Assembly (NCBI GenBank): GCA_013265495.1 | Contig: MU061579.1 | Coordinates: 2,415,319 to 2,479,318 of the forward strand | Direction: 5' to 3' | Length of the DNA stretch: 64,000 bases | DNA from: Vicugna vicugna | Lineage: Eukaryota | In this document: positions 24,087 to 38,301 of the stretch, piece after piece | How positions within the stretch are numbered: the stretch's first letter is position 1 | How the letters are laid out: each line of letters starts with the position of its first letter | The notes under the pieces: generated by a model | Databases searched by the model: none | Seen by the model: only the letters and a program-made list of their open reading frames with translations | Told to the model about the DNA's origin: nothing | Program-made: the position numbers and the translations under genes

Positions 24087-26622
24087 GTATGGTTTAGTGC
24101 TTCTCTCTTTCTCTCCCCCCCAAATAATATTATTTACAGAGAACCTAGGGAAAAAAGGTACTGATGTGACAACTCTTCATTCTCTTATTCCTGGGAGCTA
24201 TGAAATATATAACGATACCTCTCTAGGTGTAGTTTCAAAAGATTCCTACAAGACCAGACCTGGTTAGCAGAAAGGAGAGAAATGCTCATGAGAACACTAA
24301 GCCCTCCTCGTAAGTACGTGCCTTTGACCCCAGAAAAGTCTGCCTTATGCTCAAAATATCTTGAAGCATCTTTTCATCTTTGTCGATTCTTCGGGCATCA
24401 TTGTATCTGACACTCTTAGAGAAGTAACTCTCTGGGAAAAGTGTGAGACATCTTTGGTTTATCAAAAGTGAATTTGGTTATAACAAGGTCCATAAACACT
24501 GTTTACGAACTTTTCTGACTGTTATAGGCAGTAACCAAAATGCTGCTTTTATGAGTATTTTGGGTTTCATAGAAACTTGTAACCTCGTGAGAGCCCAGCA
24601 CCATGTCCAAGGCTTTAGTTAAACTGGGCTGATACCATCCTTTCACATGTGAGGCAGCCGAGGTGGACAAGGTCTTCGTGTCTTGACCACTTACGTGGCA
24701 TTTTCAGCGGCATTGGCACCATAATTTGCAAGAGTAGTTTATGGGGCTGCCTGAAAGACTCATACAGGTCATGATGACTTTGCCATCCCTGGAAAATTCT
24801 TGCCCCTTATTTTCTCTCAGTATAGTTTCAAATGCTAGTTGTATAGAGGAGGGTGAGTAGGATAGAAAATAAACAGTGAACCTTATGTAAAATACGTAAA
24901 TTAAGCTAAGTTATGTGAGCACCAGTGGTAACCCTGAAATTATGTAGCATTCTGACTAAAAATCTGTGAATTTTATATTATGTTTGCTGGATTATGCTTC
25001 AAAATTTTAAGCCATTGGGAAAGAGTTAAAGGTACTCTGGAATCTGTCTTGAGTAAAAAAGTCAGGAAGCCAACTGATCTGGGCCAAACTTAAACTTTCC
25101 CACGTTGCCCTAGGTTCCAGCTCAGTTTAGCGATGGGTGCTGTGCTTTAGAGCTGTTTCTTTCCTTTAGTTCCATTAAAGACACTGAGCTTTTCATTGAG
25201 TGGCACTCAAGACTCTGGTATATATTTGACATATTTGACAGAGCAATGAGAAGTATCATAATACTGAGACGTAGTTACTATTTTAGTATTCATTAATTCA
25301 TTTTTTCCACCATTATTCATCATATATCTAAATGTGCCAAATGATTTTCTAGAAAGGATATTTATCAAACCAATATGTTTTTCCCTACTAGTATATTAGC
25401 ATCTTTATGGTATTGCTAAAAACACAACTTTTCCAGTTTGGATGAAGCTGTATCTGTTTCTCTGTAGAGTTAAATGACAGATGGAAATAATTGGCTGAAA
25501 TTTACAAGAAAAAAATTATGTTTCACCATATTCAGGGGTGGAAAAATGGTTTCATCTTTCATCCAATATTGAGTTTAGGAGGACTGGGAAGTGGGGGTCA
25601 GTCTCTGTTGGGAAGGGTGAGTGGAGATATTATTCATGATGTCTCTTGTGAATGTGAGTGGGGACTGTTGTGGACCAATGTTGTCATTTCTAATATCAGA
25701 CTCAATGACAAAAGCTAAATTTTATTTATTAAATAGAAGATTCTTTCAACTTGCCACTTGACTTTGCACATGTACACTAGATTCACTCTGAAGAAGGAAT
25801 TAATATCTGTATATCAGTAGATACCAAATGTTCTGTACAAAAAAATTGAACTTATAGAACTTACTTCATAAATATTAGACAATGACAGACATGTTAATGA
25901 AATGCTGGACAAAAAAAAAAGGTAGTCATAATTTGAACAAATTTTGAACTATGACAATCCAAAAGCTTCAAATAAACAATTTCTCAATACAAACATGGGT
26001 AAATTTTAATATGAATAGCATTATTTATTCTTCCATAAACATTTCACATAATTTATTATACTTATCTTATGAAAGTCATTACTTTCTAACAATTGAAAGT
26101 TCCCTATATGTTTGTCCCCATTTCTTAAATTCTCTACATCCTGGAGACAGGATCCACGTTTAAATTAATTCTATAATTCCCACCATCCCCTTGTAGGCAG
26201 AACCAAGTAACTATTGAGTAAATCACTGAGTGCAGAATTCTGCATTTAAGTGAGATGACCCCTCAAAGTCTTATAAAACCCATCATCCTCTTTTAGATCC
26301 ACATCCACCATGGTAAGAAGGGAGCAAAGCTTGTGTCAATTTTGAGAAAGCTCTGCTGTCATTACAGCACACAGATTTACTCTGACAGAGAATTGAAATC
26401 AGTCACTGGGAACATCTTAAATCCCCTACTAATTTTAGGTCATTAGCTGTTCTTCTTCTGGAACATTAAACAATTCTCAAATAATATTTTTTAAAACATT
26501 TTAAAATATATGCCTTTGCCTAGCCAAGTCCTTTGAAAATTCCTCTTTTCTGGGAAGCTAATCCATCATATTTTCAGTTTTAAAAAAATTTAGTTCAAAC
26601 ATGTTTAGTGTTTAGAAATTCC

Positions 26623-26695
26623 GAAAGAAAGGAAGGAAGGGAGGGAGGGAGAGGAAAGGAAAGGAAAGGAAAAGACAGGAAAGGAAAGAAAAGAA
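26623..26695. repeat. (GGAA)n/(GGAAA)n purine tract
   Basis: Read directly. Confidence 0.9.
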
Positions 26696-27594
26696 TGTCA
26701 ACCTGAGTAGAATCTAATTTAAAATCTGTTTTTGGATGTCCTACCCTCAACTGAAAGCCATCATTTGGGTACTGATGGTGCAGATGAAGAAGAGCTGAAG
26801 ATGAAGAGGAGCTGCAGGAAGGCCTCCTGACCGGTCGTGATATTTATTTAAAATACTTGAAACACTCGACTTGGAAGGAGCTTAAATTGACTGTTTTCTT
26901 TAACACCGTGAAAAGACTAGTTAAAACTCTAGATGAGATCGGATACTCGAAAATCAAACTAAAAGAAATAAAGGAAGGAAAAAGAAAAGCTGTAAATCTC
27001 AGTATATACTTAACAGACAGCTCCTGTTGGCTTGCTCCTCTTTTTCAGTCGCTAGAATCCTGCTAAAAAGTTTTTGAAATTAAGGGCAGATGCTATAAAA
27101 TGTTCCAGTGTTCCGTATCTACCTTTTTTTTTTCCTTAATGCAATTTTTTTGTTTCTTGCTGGGCCCATACTTTTTCATTAACTTGTCTACCATGTTCCT
27201 ATTTGCGATTCATTTTGTAGGCTGTATATATTTTCTTTCTTCATGATAGGAAATGATTGATCAACTCACTCGTTCCCTGTTATTTTTCATGCCGATGTGC
27301 TAATATCCAGTTGAGTCATTTTTTAAAATTATGTTTTAGCCTTCTGTTACTGCCTGCCAGTACACATTAAAAAAAAAAAAAAAAAGAAAAAAAGAAGAAG
27401 GGGTTGGGAACTACTAGCTCCAGTTCAGCTTCTAATGGACTTAACCTCGATTATTCTGTTACAAATCTGTAACCCTTGGGAGTCAATATTTATAGTTTAT
27501 CTGCACACTATACCTTAAAACAGAGCTGAAAAATCCATATAAAGTAAATGGTAAATATAAATTCTTCCACAGGTCACACATCAGGCTGAGACTC

Positions 27595-27860
27595 ATTTTT
27601 TTTTCTCTATTTTGATTTTCCTGGTTTTTTTTCTATTTCCTTCCTCTGTACTTTCCTCATACTCTTTTCTTCTTTTTTCCTTCTTTCCATCCTTTTTTCC
27701 TTCCCTTAACTATTTCTCCCTCCTGCCTTCCCTCCTTCCTTCTATGTGTGTGTTACCGCCTTTTCTTCTCTTTTCATTCCCTTGTCTGCTCTAACTTTCC
27801 CACCGTCTGTCTTCCTTTCGGTCTTTTTTTATTCTATTTTTCTGTTCTTTGTATTTTTTC
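27595..27860. repeat. CT-rich low-complexity tract
   Basis: Read directly; it explains spurious ORF 27612-27794. Confidence 0.8.
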
Positions 27861-30859
27861 AGTCTTTATGTTACAATCACCATATGCTCACTGAAAACTA
27901 GGCAGGTGTGATGGAAAGAGTAGATGATAAAATGAGGATGCCACCTTTCTTCCTTTATCCCTTCATCCTTTTCTCTCTCAATCTCATATCCATTGAAAAC
28001 TTCTTACACGCACATGTCTAGAAATATGAGGTTGCAGAATCGTGTTTATTCTTCAAAACATCCCTCCAAGTGAGGAGGGAGGCAGTGGCTAAGCAAGGTT
28101 AATTAGCTTGCATAAGCTCATGCAGTGAGTGGTAGAATTAGAAACTGACTGTATCTACCCCAGGATCCTTCACTTAGCCAAATACCTTATACCTCTTTCA
28201 CTTTCCAGATTTCTTTTTTTAGACAGATCACTTGGCAATTGTTTCTTATTTTTAGCCCTCTGGAAAATGGGCACAACACTTGCTTCTTTATCTTCTCAGT
28301 AGAAAAGATGCCCTAAATTGTGCCAGGCACTGAATAATCAAGTCCTATGATGATGATTATGACGATGATGCTTCCTTACACTTACATAGTCTTCTGTGTA
28401 CCCGAAGCTGTCCTCACCACTTTACATGGGTAAATGCAATCCATTCATCATGACAGCTCAGCTATTTATCTTAATGAATGTTGCTGTGCTGGTATAATCA
28501 GCACATGGTCACTATTCACAGGTTCATGTTAAGACAGAGAGATGTCTTTGGGCTGTTATGTCCTTTGCACATTTTGTTCTCATGTTCATGTCCAGGTGCT
28601 GCAAGAGGGAAAAAAAGACTTTTTTTTTTTTAAATCAAACTCAATTTAGGTTGAATAGAATGTTTATTTAAGACAAATTTTGAGGAGAGAAGGCAGAGTA
28701 TATATAGCAGGCTATTTTTTTTAATATAACAAAATAGCACTAGAAAGGAAGGAAGAGTGGGAGGAAATTATCAGCAGCTATGATTTGCTGTCTTAACTGT
28801 AAAGGAACAAACTAGAAGGACTACCATCTGTAAATGATCACTTAAAAATTCAAGAATAACTAATTGAAGAAAAATGTATTTAACACTGATATGGGTGTGC
28901 AGCAAGCAGCAGTACTGTAGTCTGCAGTTGATTAGCCATTTGAGTTATTTTATCTCTATGAAATTTTATTTCTCTGCATCCCTTTAGATACAGTCAGGAA
29001 ACTCTGATTACTGGTTGAGAATTTGTAGTTGTTAGTTTTCCACATATGTAGAAAAACACCCTTAAACTCCAAATAGGAATGACTGAACATTTTATAACAA
29101 CTGTCTGGAGGGGGAAAGGCATATCACACATACAAAATTTATTTAAATTATTCCAATTATTTTAAAACAATCAAATCTAGCATGATGTGAGTGGCTTGGA
29201 AAGTAGTTCCGTTTTATAAGAAAAAAAAATTGTGGATCTCTTTAGTTATCTGCAAGATGGCAGATTTAATTTATATTTTTCTCAGCAGGAAAAAGTTCAT
29301 AGTGCTTCTTCTTGGTTGGTAGCCCTGGGGTTAAATATTCAGTATCATCAGGATTACATCTGAATCACTGTTTACCCAGAACTTTTTTTAACACAAAGAA
29401 GGAAAAGCAGGTCTGATGCTGACTATTTTGGAATATTTAGCCCTAACTATCTGGACAGACCATAAGCAGCATTTTTGATTTGACTTGTTTCCCACACTCA
29501 TGAATAATGTATAACTAGTCATACTTCTCAGGTCATCTTATTCTGAATCCTCAACCTGACTGTAATTCTTAAATGCATTTAATCACACCAAATCCCCTTG
29601 CGTTCTTTGGAAGCCATATAGGCATATCATGAGCAGATAATTAGTCCTTATTTTGACTGGACAACATTTTAAATAGTTAAATGACATTTGTTAATACAGC
29701 CTAAAGGATAAATGAATCCCCTAAGTCATGGCTAGCTTGTATTCAGAGCAGTAAGTTCTCCTTGACAGTTACTTTAAAAGACAAGTCGTCTCAAGATATT
29801 TGTTTTCCCTTTTAAATTCTCTTGCTTTTTCACTTAAGCTCTGCATTATTTAGACTAGTTAGCATGCAGGACAGAGAACTGCTTCTTAACTTTTTCCCCC
29901 TCTGTTGAAGATAATTTAATTCACATTAACTGGGATTCTGCACCTTTTATACTTTCTGATCTATTTAAAGAGGCTTTAAACTCTTTTTTCCTTTTTTTTT
30001 TTTTTTTTTTTATTTTTAGCACTGATATACTGGTGAAGTCCACCCGAGTAATAGGTTAGCGATTATATGATGTCGAAGGGACATAATCCCTTTCAAGTTC
30101 TCAATTTTGTCATCTTTTCATGTCCTCATATTTTAAAAAAAGCAAATTAGGATTTAAGCAGTTAAAAATGTGATTTTGAAGTGAGCAAAATAATAATTAT
30201 GTAAAAATTGTTTCTTTGGGAGAAATGAGAGCTTATACCTAGTTAAGTAGGTGACAGAGTACGAATTATTATTTATAGCCTTTATTATTATATACCTGCA
30301 GGTAACAATAGATTAAGTTTCAGTTAACTTTGAACAGCTAGTAATTATAAAATACAATGCTACCTGTCAGAAAAATCATTAACTTATGTACACCTAGTCT
30401 TTGAAATTAAATTACTTTGCATTTCTTCTTCAAGCTTCCTGTGATGTGCATTTTTAACATTTATTAATTCAAATAATTTTAAAATAAATTTAACATTAAA
30501 GGACATCTTTTTTCATTTACTATTCTGCAGCTTTATTTAAAAGATATATATTTGGCACTATAATTTGTAATACAAAAACATGAAATTTTAATTTTTCTTA
30601 TATGAAAGCTATTGTTTTCCTGCAGTTACTTGGTAAAAATTCTAGACGTGTAAGCTTTTGACTCCTTTAATTGTTCTAAGACAAGAGGACATTGATTAAA
30701 AACATATGTTTCAATAATTTAGAATCAATATTCTACCATTCAATTATGCGTGTGGAAAAGATACAAGAATAGTAGTTAGAAAAGGAGTGATGGTCACAGC
30801 AGAAAAATATTCGATATGCTTCTGCATGGAGATCTTCGGGCTGAGCCCTCAGCATCACT

Positions 30860-31000
30860 GTCTCATTTAATCCTTCGGGCGCCCAGTGCAACAGACTCTG
30901 TTAAGTAACTTGCCTGAGGTTACCTTGCTGGTAAATGACAGAATGTGGACTCAAACAGACTTCCTTTGCTCAGGTCCCAGGATGTTAATCACTCTGATTC
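30860..31000 (-). mobile_element. MIR SINE fragment
   Basis: tctcatttaatcct...gttaagtaacttgcctgaggttac...gtaaatgacagaatgtggactcaaac. Confidence 0.7.
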
Positions 31001-32108
31001 ACTGATTCTCTCCATTGAAGGGAAACGAAAGTAAAGGTTTTCACAAAGTGAAAGTGAAGGCTTACACTGTGCCTGCTTCCTCGGGCTTCTTCTCCGAGAT
31101 ACCATTATGAACAAGTACGAGGTATACGTGTACTCGAAGTCACCACTCTTTTTACATCATTATCTTGTAGGATAATACATAACTTCTCTCCGTCCCTACA
31201 GATCAAATCTCAGCTTCGTGGGTTGCGACTGTATATTCTCAAATAATGTAAAAATTTGAATATCAATCAATTACCTGACTAATACAGAGAATCAAGTTAG
31301 ATAAATATCACCCACATATCTCTTTGTGTTCATTTTCTATTAAGAAGTTAATTTAGTCAGGCGTTCTTTCCCAATTTAACCAGCTCAACTGTGATTAATA
31401 TGTCCTACATAATCTCTTTGATGCTTTCTTGTTTGCCAGAAATAACTGTCCATACTTCTGTTTTCTGTTCTTAAAGCATTTATATCTGCTTCTCACATTC
31501 AATTCACCAAGGAGGGGCCCAGCATCTCCCATTCGCAGAAGTTCAGTCCAGCACACCGTGGTTTCAAAACATGGCTTTTCTGTCTCTAGAATGACAATGA
31601 TCCCCAAACCACATAATTGAGGTGTCCTTCTACCCTGTAGAATTAAAAATAGACCCATATTGTGAAGATGCAACTTTTTCTTAGATGAATTTGGCTTTAA
31701 TAATAGTAGAAGTTTGAGGCTTTTTATCGACATAGTAATTTAGACTCCTTATTTTGACTTGGATACAAAATTTTTCATCCTATTCAAAGACCAACTGAGG
31801 GACAGCTGTGAGAGAAAATTCCAAGGAAAACAGTCCTGTCCCAATGTTATTCTGGCCCCGGAACCTCTGCACACATGCTCCTTGAGTTTTCACCTTTCTG
31901 TCTGTCCAAACTAAAAATATTCCCCTTATTTCAGACTAAGACTGTGGAGATTCCTACTACATCTGAAGTCTAGAGACATTTGCTTTTTCCAGCTTTCTTC
32001 TCCTGTTTATTGGGAAATGCTTTTCTGCTTTAATTCAGCTTGGACAAAGATGATTTTTTTCAAGCTTATGACATAAGCTTATAGTACTTTGATGTGTTAT
32101 TGGTTGAG

Positions 32109-32345
32109 AGGGAGTATGGTATAGTGGTTAAGAGCAGAGTTCTGAAGTCTGAATATATGGGTTTGCAGCCTCATTCCATTGCTCACTAGATGCAAACTCT
32201 TGGGTCAAACTCATTTAACTTCTCTGTACCTTAGTTTCCTTATCTGTAAAATGGGGGTAATATACAACCTGCCCCCCAAGGTTGCTGTGAGAATTGAATG
32301 AGTAAATATATGTAAAGTTTTAGATTAATGCCTGATGTATCAATA
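32109..32345 (+). mobile_element. MIR SINE, near full length
   Basis: gtatggtatagtggttaagagcaga...tttaacttctctgtaccttagtttccttatctgtaaaatgggggtaata...ggttgctgtgagaattgaatgagt. Confidence 0.92.
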
Positions 32346-34463
32346 TTTCTTGAATGAATGCATATATTTTCGCAGGTTATGTTACCATAATAGTGGAAAC
32401 TCTCTTCCCTGAACCTGAAACCTTCACACCAGCTTTGTATAGTGAAGTCCATCTCTTACTTTCTCTGCACACTGGAATTTCCTCTGAGTTCCCCTGTCCT
32501 GCCATGGCAAGTCCTAACTCCACTAGCCCTAGGCTTATTTGGAAGATAGAGAAGGTTGACAAATTAGCAAGATTCCCACCAATTGATTCACTTAGGTACT
32601 CACCGAGTACAGTACTCATAAATTTTAAGTATGTCACTTAAAGGAAAATCGCAAAGCATATACTTTAGTGATGATTTCTATTGTTGCAATACTTGTAGTT
32701 TTATCGCTTTTGTTGTTATAGGATTGATTCATTTGAAGTGTACAAGACACTGGGCAAAACACAAAAGGTTTCCAAAATTAATTCCTTCCAGCCAGTCTTC
32801 TTCGCCTAAGAGCCAGTGAAGCAAATTCACTGAATACATGGAAAAATCTGTTTACACCGTGAAACCTCGTTTCCTACATGATGCCCACTGCTGGCAAAGT
32901 CAACACTGAAAATATTGGCAAAAAAGAAAAACAGAAAAAAAATGACTTAAATAAAGAGCATGCTTGGCAGATGGTAGAGATAAATAGTTGATCATCACTG
33001 TCTGCTAACCTCACTGTACTCTCTGAGTTGTTGCAGAACCATAATTTTGTCACGATTATCTGTGAAATTATGTTGACTGTTAAGCTCTGATTCATGCTTT
33101 TCTTAAGTCATCTGCGGAAGAGATGACATTCTAATTGCACTCCTGAATTTTTTGCACTATGAGTTTGTTAAGCACAGACACGTTTTACTAAAAAAAAAAA
33201 AAAAAGTCTAAATGTAATTTGACATTGTGACAGATTAATACTTAGGCATTAGACCAGTGATACAATTAGGCAGCTTAAATGTGCCCTACATCTTAATGTC
33301 TCTATGACTTTAAGAAGTCATATTAAGTCCTCTTTTTTTAAACGGTCTGTTGCCATTTTGCTGATTGAAGTAAATCAAAGTCTATCAGAGGATTTAAGTG
33401 GATTATGAGAAGGCTCATCACAATTATACATAATTCAAGAAAATTGGAATCTAGGGAATTAACTGTAAATTCAGAATGTCTCAAGGTAAGAAACTGTATT
33501 GATGGCAGACTTCCTGAAGTGGTTACTGGGGACGTGACTACCTCTTATTCTTTGAGTTATCTGAATTCCTTTTTAATAAGGATCAAACTTTAGCCTCTGA
33601 AGTACAACTTGAAATGACAGCTAAAAGTACAATTTAAAATTCACATGACACTGTTGCATATTAAAATTGTATTTTGTATTAAATATCATATAATACATAG
33701 CTCACTCAGAAATAGTTAGGAACACACAGATTTCTATGTGATACGATTTAAATTACAGATTCAGTGTGACCCAGAATCAAATACTGCTTTTATGCAGGGA
33801 CCAATTTCACCCATATAAATAAACATATACATATTAAAAAAATATTTACAAAATAATATGAACATGGTGTAAACTGATTACAAATTTCCAAGTGGGTTCA
33901 GTCACCAACTAGGGGATCATGATTCTCTGTTTGAAAAGCAATGACGTAAATTGCCACGATCCTACCCATTTAATGTGTACCCATCAGGTTGCTACGAGAA
34001 GGTAAATAAAATTTTTTGAAAACAGGTTGGCACATTGCCTACAATAGTTCTTATTAAAATACACCCACATTAAAAGAGTAAGAGAAGAGAGCTTTCTTTT
34101 TTCCATTTTCCATCACATACAACACCTTTCCTTCATGGCTCCATGCTTTGCAAAATTTCATCTATGATACAAGCTGTGTATAAGCCAAAAATAAATTTTA
34201 TTTCCCAAGTTTATTATTGAAGGATTTGTATAACTGCCAACCAGAGGTCCTGACAACTTTTATTAAAATAACTATAAAATAGCTACCATCCATGAGCAAA
34301 GAAACATAACTAATTAGTTCATATGTGTAGCCTTGTGACCGCTAAGTATAGGATATTCCCATTAGACTTTTTCTTAGCACCTACTACTGCTTCCAGTGAT
34401 TCCCCCCACCCCCAGCCTGCTCCAGGCTGAGTATGAGGACTGCATTTTGTTCCACAAAATATC

Positions 34464-34496
34464 CTTTCTTTCTTTCTTTCTCTCTTATTCTCTTTC

Positions 34497-34567
<71 letters not shown>

Positions 34568-34616
34568 CTCTCTCTCTCTCTCTCTCTCTTTTTCTTTCTT
34601 TCTTTCTGAAATTTCT
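34464..34616. repeat. (TTTC)n/(TC)n compound microsatellite forming the tail of the adjacent L1
   Basis: Read directly; it abuts a reverse-strand L1 3' end and explains ORFs 34319-34902. Confidence 0.95.
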
Positions 34617-34749
34617 TTCTGAAGTACAATCAATTACAATGTGTCAATTTCTGGTGTACAGCACAACGTCCCAGTCATGTATATACATACATATATTCAT
34701 TTTCTTTTTTTTAACTAAAGATTATTATTACAAGATATTGAACATAGTC
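34617..34749 (-). mobile_element. 5'-truncated L1 3' end (camelid-like)
   Basis: tgaagtacaatcaattacaatgtgtcaatttctggtgtacagcacaa...ttattacaagatattgaacatagtc is the reverse complement of an L1 3' UTR end. Confidence 0.85.
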
Positions 34750-35042
34750 TATATCTGCTACATATCCATGGATTATTTCAGTCAATTACATTGTTCTGTT
34801 GGAAAGCAAACCTCAACTAGAGAGATTACAGGATGGACTCTGAAAGGGAATAAGGAGAGTGAGTGGTGGAAAAGGTCATTCCAATCTGCACATGCCAAAT
34901 AAACAGACAGAAAACCACTTCACCTTCTCTGCCTGGCCAGTTACATTGTTTATGATGAACAGATGTCCTTAGCATCCTTTACCTGTGGCCATTGTGAAAT
35001 TAATCATCAGAGCTGACATGCGGTCTGTCTCACTACCATGGT

Positions 35043-35600
35043 TTTCATTCATCCATTCAAAAGGCACTTACTGATATGTGACTGGCTTGGTGCTGGGATC
35101 CAGAATACATCCTTAAGTAACTTGTGAATCCCAACCACAGGGAGTGACCCTTTACAGAAAAAGTCACATAAATAGGTAGCAGGTTTCAGTGCAATGTATT
35201 AAATGCTATGATAGAGACAGGTATAAGATGAAGACTAGAGAGACAAAGAGAAATCAGAATTAGACCGACTGGTTAGAAGAAATCTCAAAGTTCCAATCCT
35301 GGAATGGATTTTGAAGGATTTGTGTGCAGTAGATGACATGGCAAGGACTAGCAGAAGAAGCAACACATTAATATCACAGAGACATGGAACAGCAAGAAGC
35401 TTTCCAGAAATGACAACCCCAGGAGGTCTGTTTAAGTGGCAAATGGAAGCACATAAGAAGGGAAAGAGGCCAAGGTTAAGTGGTAGGCAGGATCCAGATC
35501 CAGAAGGACCTTCTGTGCAACAAATATAAAGTTTGAAATTTACACTGAAATTTAGAGAAGAAGGTTTTAAGCTAGAGAGGGACTTATTATTCTATGTACT
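35043..35600 (-). mobile_element. L2 LINE fragment
   Basis: Begins ttcattcatccattcaaaaggcacttactg...ggtgctgggat, followed by the purine-rich L2 antisense body. Confidence 0.65.
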
Positions 35601-36210
35601 CTTTTTAAAATAATCATAAAAGTGCTTTTTTATTACACACTCTCCTGCTAACTACTAAGAAGGAAACAGGCTAAAAAGACAAACGTAGCACAAGGAATAA
35701 ATGTCAGGAAGGCACAAAAGCACCATAATAATTTGACAGAGCCCTCATTAAATGTGTACCCCAGCACCTGGCTCTCCTTCCTGTATGTTATGCGAAACAC
35801 ACTATCTCTTCTCTTCTTGGGAATCACACTACCCTAAAACTCCTTAAAGTGGTTTCTCTGGTGATAGTCCCAGAGACTGCTGTCACTGAGGGGCCAAGGA
35901 GGAAGATGTTACCATTCAGGAAGATGAGCTGTTGGTACTTTTCTGAACAAAACAGAAATTGAACTTGGTTGATTGGTCCAATACAAATAACTTGGACAAG
36001 TAGACATTGAAGTGTAGCAACATTTTCGAAAATGTAAAACAAAAACTTCTTGAGTAGACACTCAAAAATTAGGTAAACCTGACTCAACAAAAACTTTGAA
36101 AAGCAGAGTTTTGCCACTCTATTTCCTTTTGTGGATGAAACATGGGTAGAAAGGATCAAATGCTTCCAGTCTATGCTGTCCTTACTCTGAGCAGAGAATT
36201 GGCGGGTGTG

Positions 36211-36569
36211 TGTATCAAATGCCTCTTGCAACTGTAGCAAATTATTAGAAACATCACTTCTTAAAATAACAACAAAAAAGTTATTCTCTTACAGTTCTGT
36301 AGGTCAGAAGTCTTGACATGCGTCTCCAGGGGCTAAAATCAAAGCCTCAGCAGTGCTGCCTTCCTTTCTAGAAGAGAATCTGTTTCCTTGCCTTTTGCAG
36401 TTTCTAGTGCCTGACCACATTCCTTGGTTTGTAGCGTAGCCCCCTATAAGCTCCGTATTTATTATTATTTGTTTATTTTGATTGACATATTGTTGATTTA
36501 TGATGTTGTGTTAGTTTCAGCTGTACAGCAAAATGATTCAGTTATGCATATATACACACACACACACAT

Positions 36570-36613
<44 letters not shown>

Positions 36614-36849
36614 TCTTTTTCAGATTATTTTCCATCATAGTTATTATAAGATATTGAGTATGGCTCCCTGTGCTATACAGGAGGACCTTGTTGTTTGAGC
36701 TCGCTCTTTTAAGGACAGTTTATTAGGAACCTTAATACCATCTGAAATCTTAATTAATTCCCCTTTGCCATGTGATCTAACTTGGTCACAGGTCCTGGGG
36801 ACTAGGATGTAGACATTTGGGGAAGGGAACCGTCATTCTGCCAACCAGA
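36211..36849 (-). mobile_element. MaLR solo LTR, MLT1D-like, interrupted by an L1
   Basis: ttattctcttacagttctgtaggtcagaagtc...ggctaaaatcaa...agaatctgtttccttgcctttt...tcacaggtcctggggactaggatgtagacatttgggg...cattctgccaaccaga. Confidence 0.85.
36456..36696 (-). mobile_element. 5'-truncated L1 3' end nested in MLT1D, with internal (CA)n(TA)n
   Basis: gttgatttatgatgttgtgttagtttcagctgtacagcaaaatgattcagttat...tccctgtgctatacaggaggaccttgttgttt, flanked by AGCTC (36449-36453 and 36698-36702). Confidence 0.88.
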
Positions 36850-37991
36850 CCACAATAAGGTTGCAGAAACAGGGCGGCCCTTGTAACTTCACATGGAGCA
36901 TTAGAAGTGCCCTGAACCCATCCAGCATGAAAAGGCATAAGGCAGGCATGAAAGGATCTCCAGAGCTTGCTTGTCCGCCCGCCACAGGCTCCCAGGGAGG
37001 TTCAACAGTGGGACTTTGCCACTCTCTGAAGAGATAGGAAGTAAATAAAGGGAAACATTTCAATGAGCAGCAAAAATCAATGAAGCAGACTGATCCAGTG
37101 TTGCTTCATTGATTTCTCCCACTTGAGCTGCTCATTGAGTCCTGTTTGCTAGTCATTGGAGATCATTTTCTTCCTTTTCCTTTTATTGACCTGCTCTGAA
37201 CTCCCAAGCCCTTCACTATGCTTTTGGCCCTAATTGTGACTGCCAATTTTAGTTTTAACTGATCAACTTATTGACCAGAGTAAGGAGCCAGCATTCGAAC
37301 GTTTTTAGAACTCTCCCTATAAATGGCATTTCAGCACCCACTAAAAGCTTTCAGAGCCTCATCTCTCAAAATACTTCAGAACTCAAGGATTTTGTGAAAC
37401 CTTCCTCAGTAAGAAACACAAAGGAGGAACCCTTGTCTTTCTCCCCAGGCACAATAATGGATGGACCACACAGCTTGTCATTACAGGAGTGTTTCCAACC
37501 AGACAAGTTTTTTCTGTGTGATTGTGAAGTATTTCAGTAGGTAATCCCATGCAAAGTGTTTGAGAAAGTGTTTTAAACATGGCCATAGCACTAGAATAAT
37601 CATATAGTTTCTTAGGATCACTACGTTGAAGGGGAAGATGAATGGCTACTATGATTTTTGCCACATTAAGAAAAAAATACATTACTTTAGTAAATCTGAA
37701 TTGGTAGAATTTGCTCCCATGCAAAAAATAATCATATTATATTACAACTCTACTTCACACATGATTTGAACTTTAACATAGTATATTTTAGACTTTCACA
37801 TAAATACATAGAAAATCCTTATACCACATTATGGCCACTGCAATGATTCTCTTCTTTTTAAAACATCCCCAAATACCAAATTAATTTGTTTCAGTATTTA
37901 ACATATTCACATTAAATGTTTAGATATTAAATATCAGCCACTTATTATAGGAGCTGTTTTATAACTTCTTACTTAAAAAAAAGTTTTATCA

Positions 37992-38267
37992 TGAGGGAAC
38001 CTCATACACTGTTGGTAGGAATGTAAATTGGTGCAACCACTATGGAAAACAGTATGCAGTCTCCTTGAAAAACTAAAAAATAGAACTAGCATATGATTCA
38101 TCTATCCCACTCCTGGACGTATATCCAGAAAAGATGAACACTCTAAAGCTGAAATGATACACGCATTTCAATGTTCACAGTGGCATTATTTATAGTAGCC
38201 AAGACATGGAAGCAACCTAAATGTCTATCAACAGATGAATGGATAAAGAAGATGTGGTATATATTTA

Positions 38268-38301
<34 letters not shown>

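Noticed and set aside
26784..26830. GAA-rich, coding-looking stretch (17-nt duplication GATGAAGAAGAGCTGAA/GATGAAGAGGAGCTGCA)
   Set aside because: No pyrimidine tract or credible donor; explained by a small tandem duplication.
32062..32080. 19-bp palindrome AAGCTTATG-A-CATAAGCTT (similarly ACAGTGTT-T-AACACTGT at 9514-9530)
   Set aside because: Isolated 8-9 bp arms are within chance expectation for 64 kb of AT-rich DNA.
34319..34902. Longest ORFs in the track (168 aa F/L/S-rich; K/E/R-rich on the minus strand)
   Set aside because: Translations of the (TTTC)n microsatellite and L1 tail.
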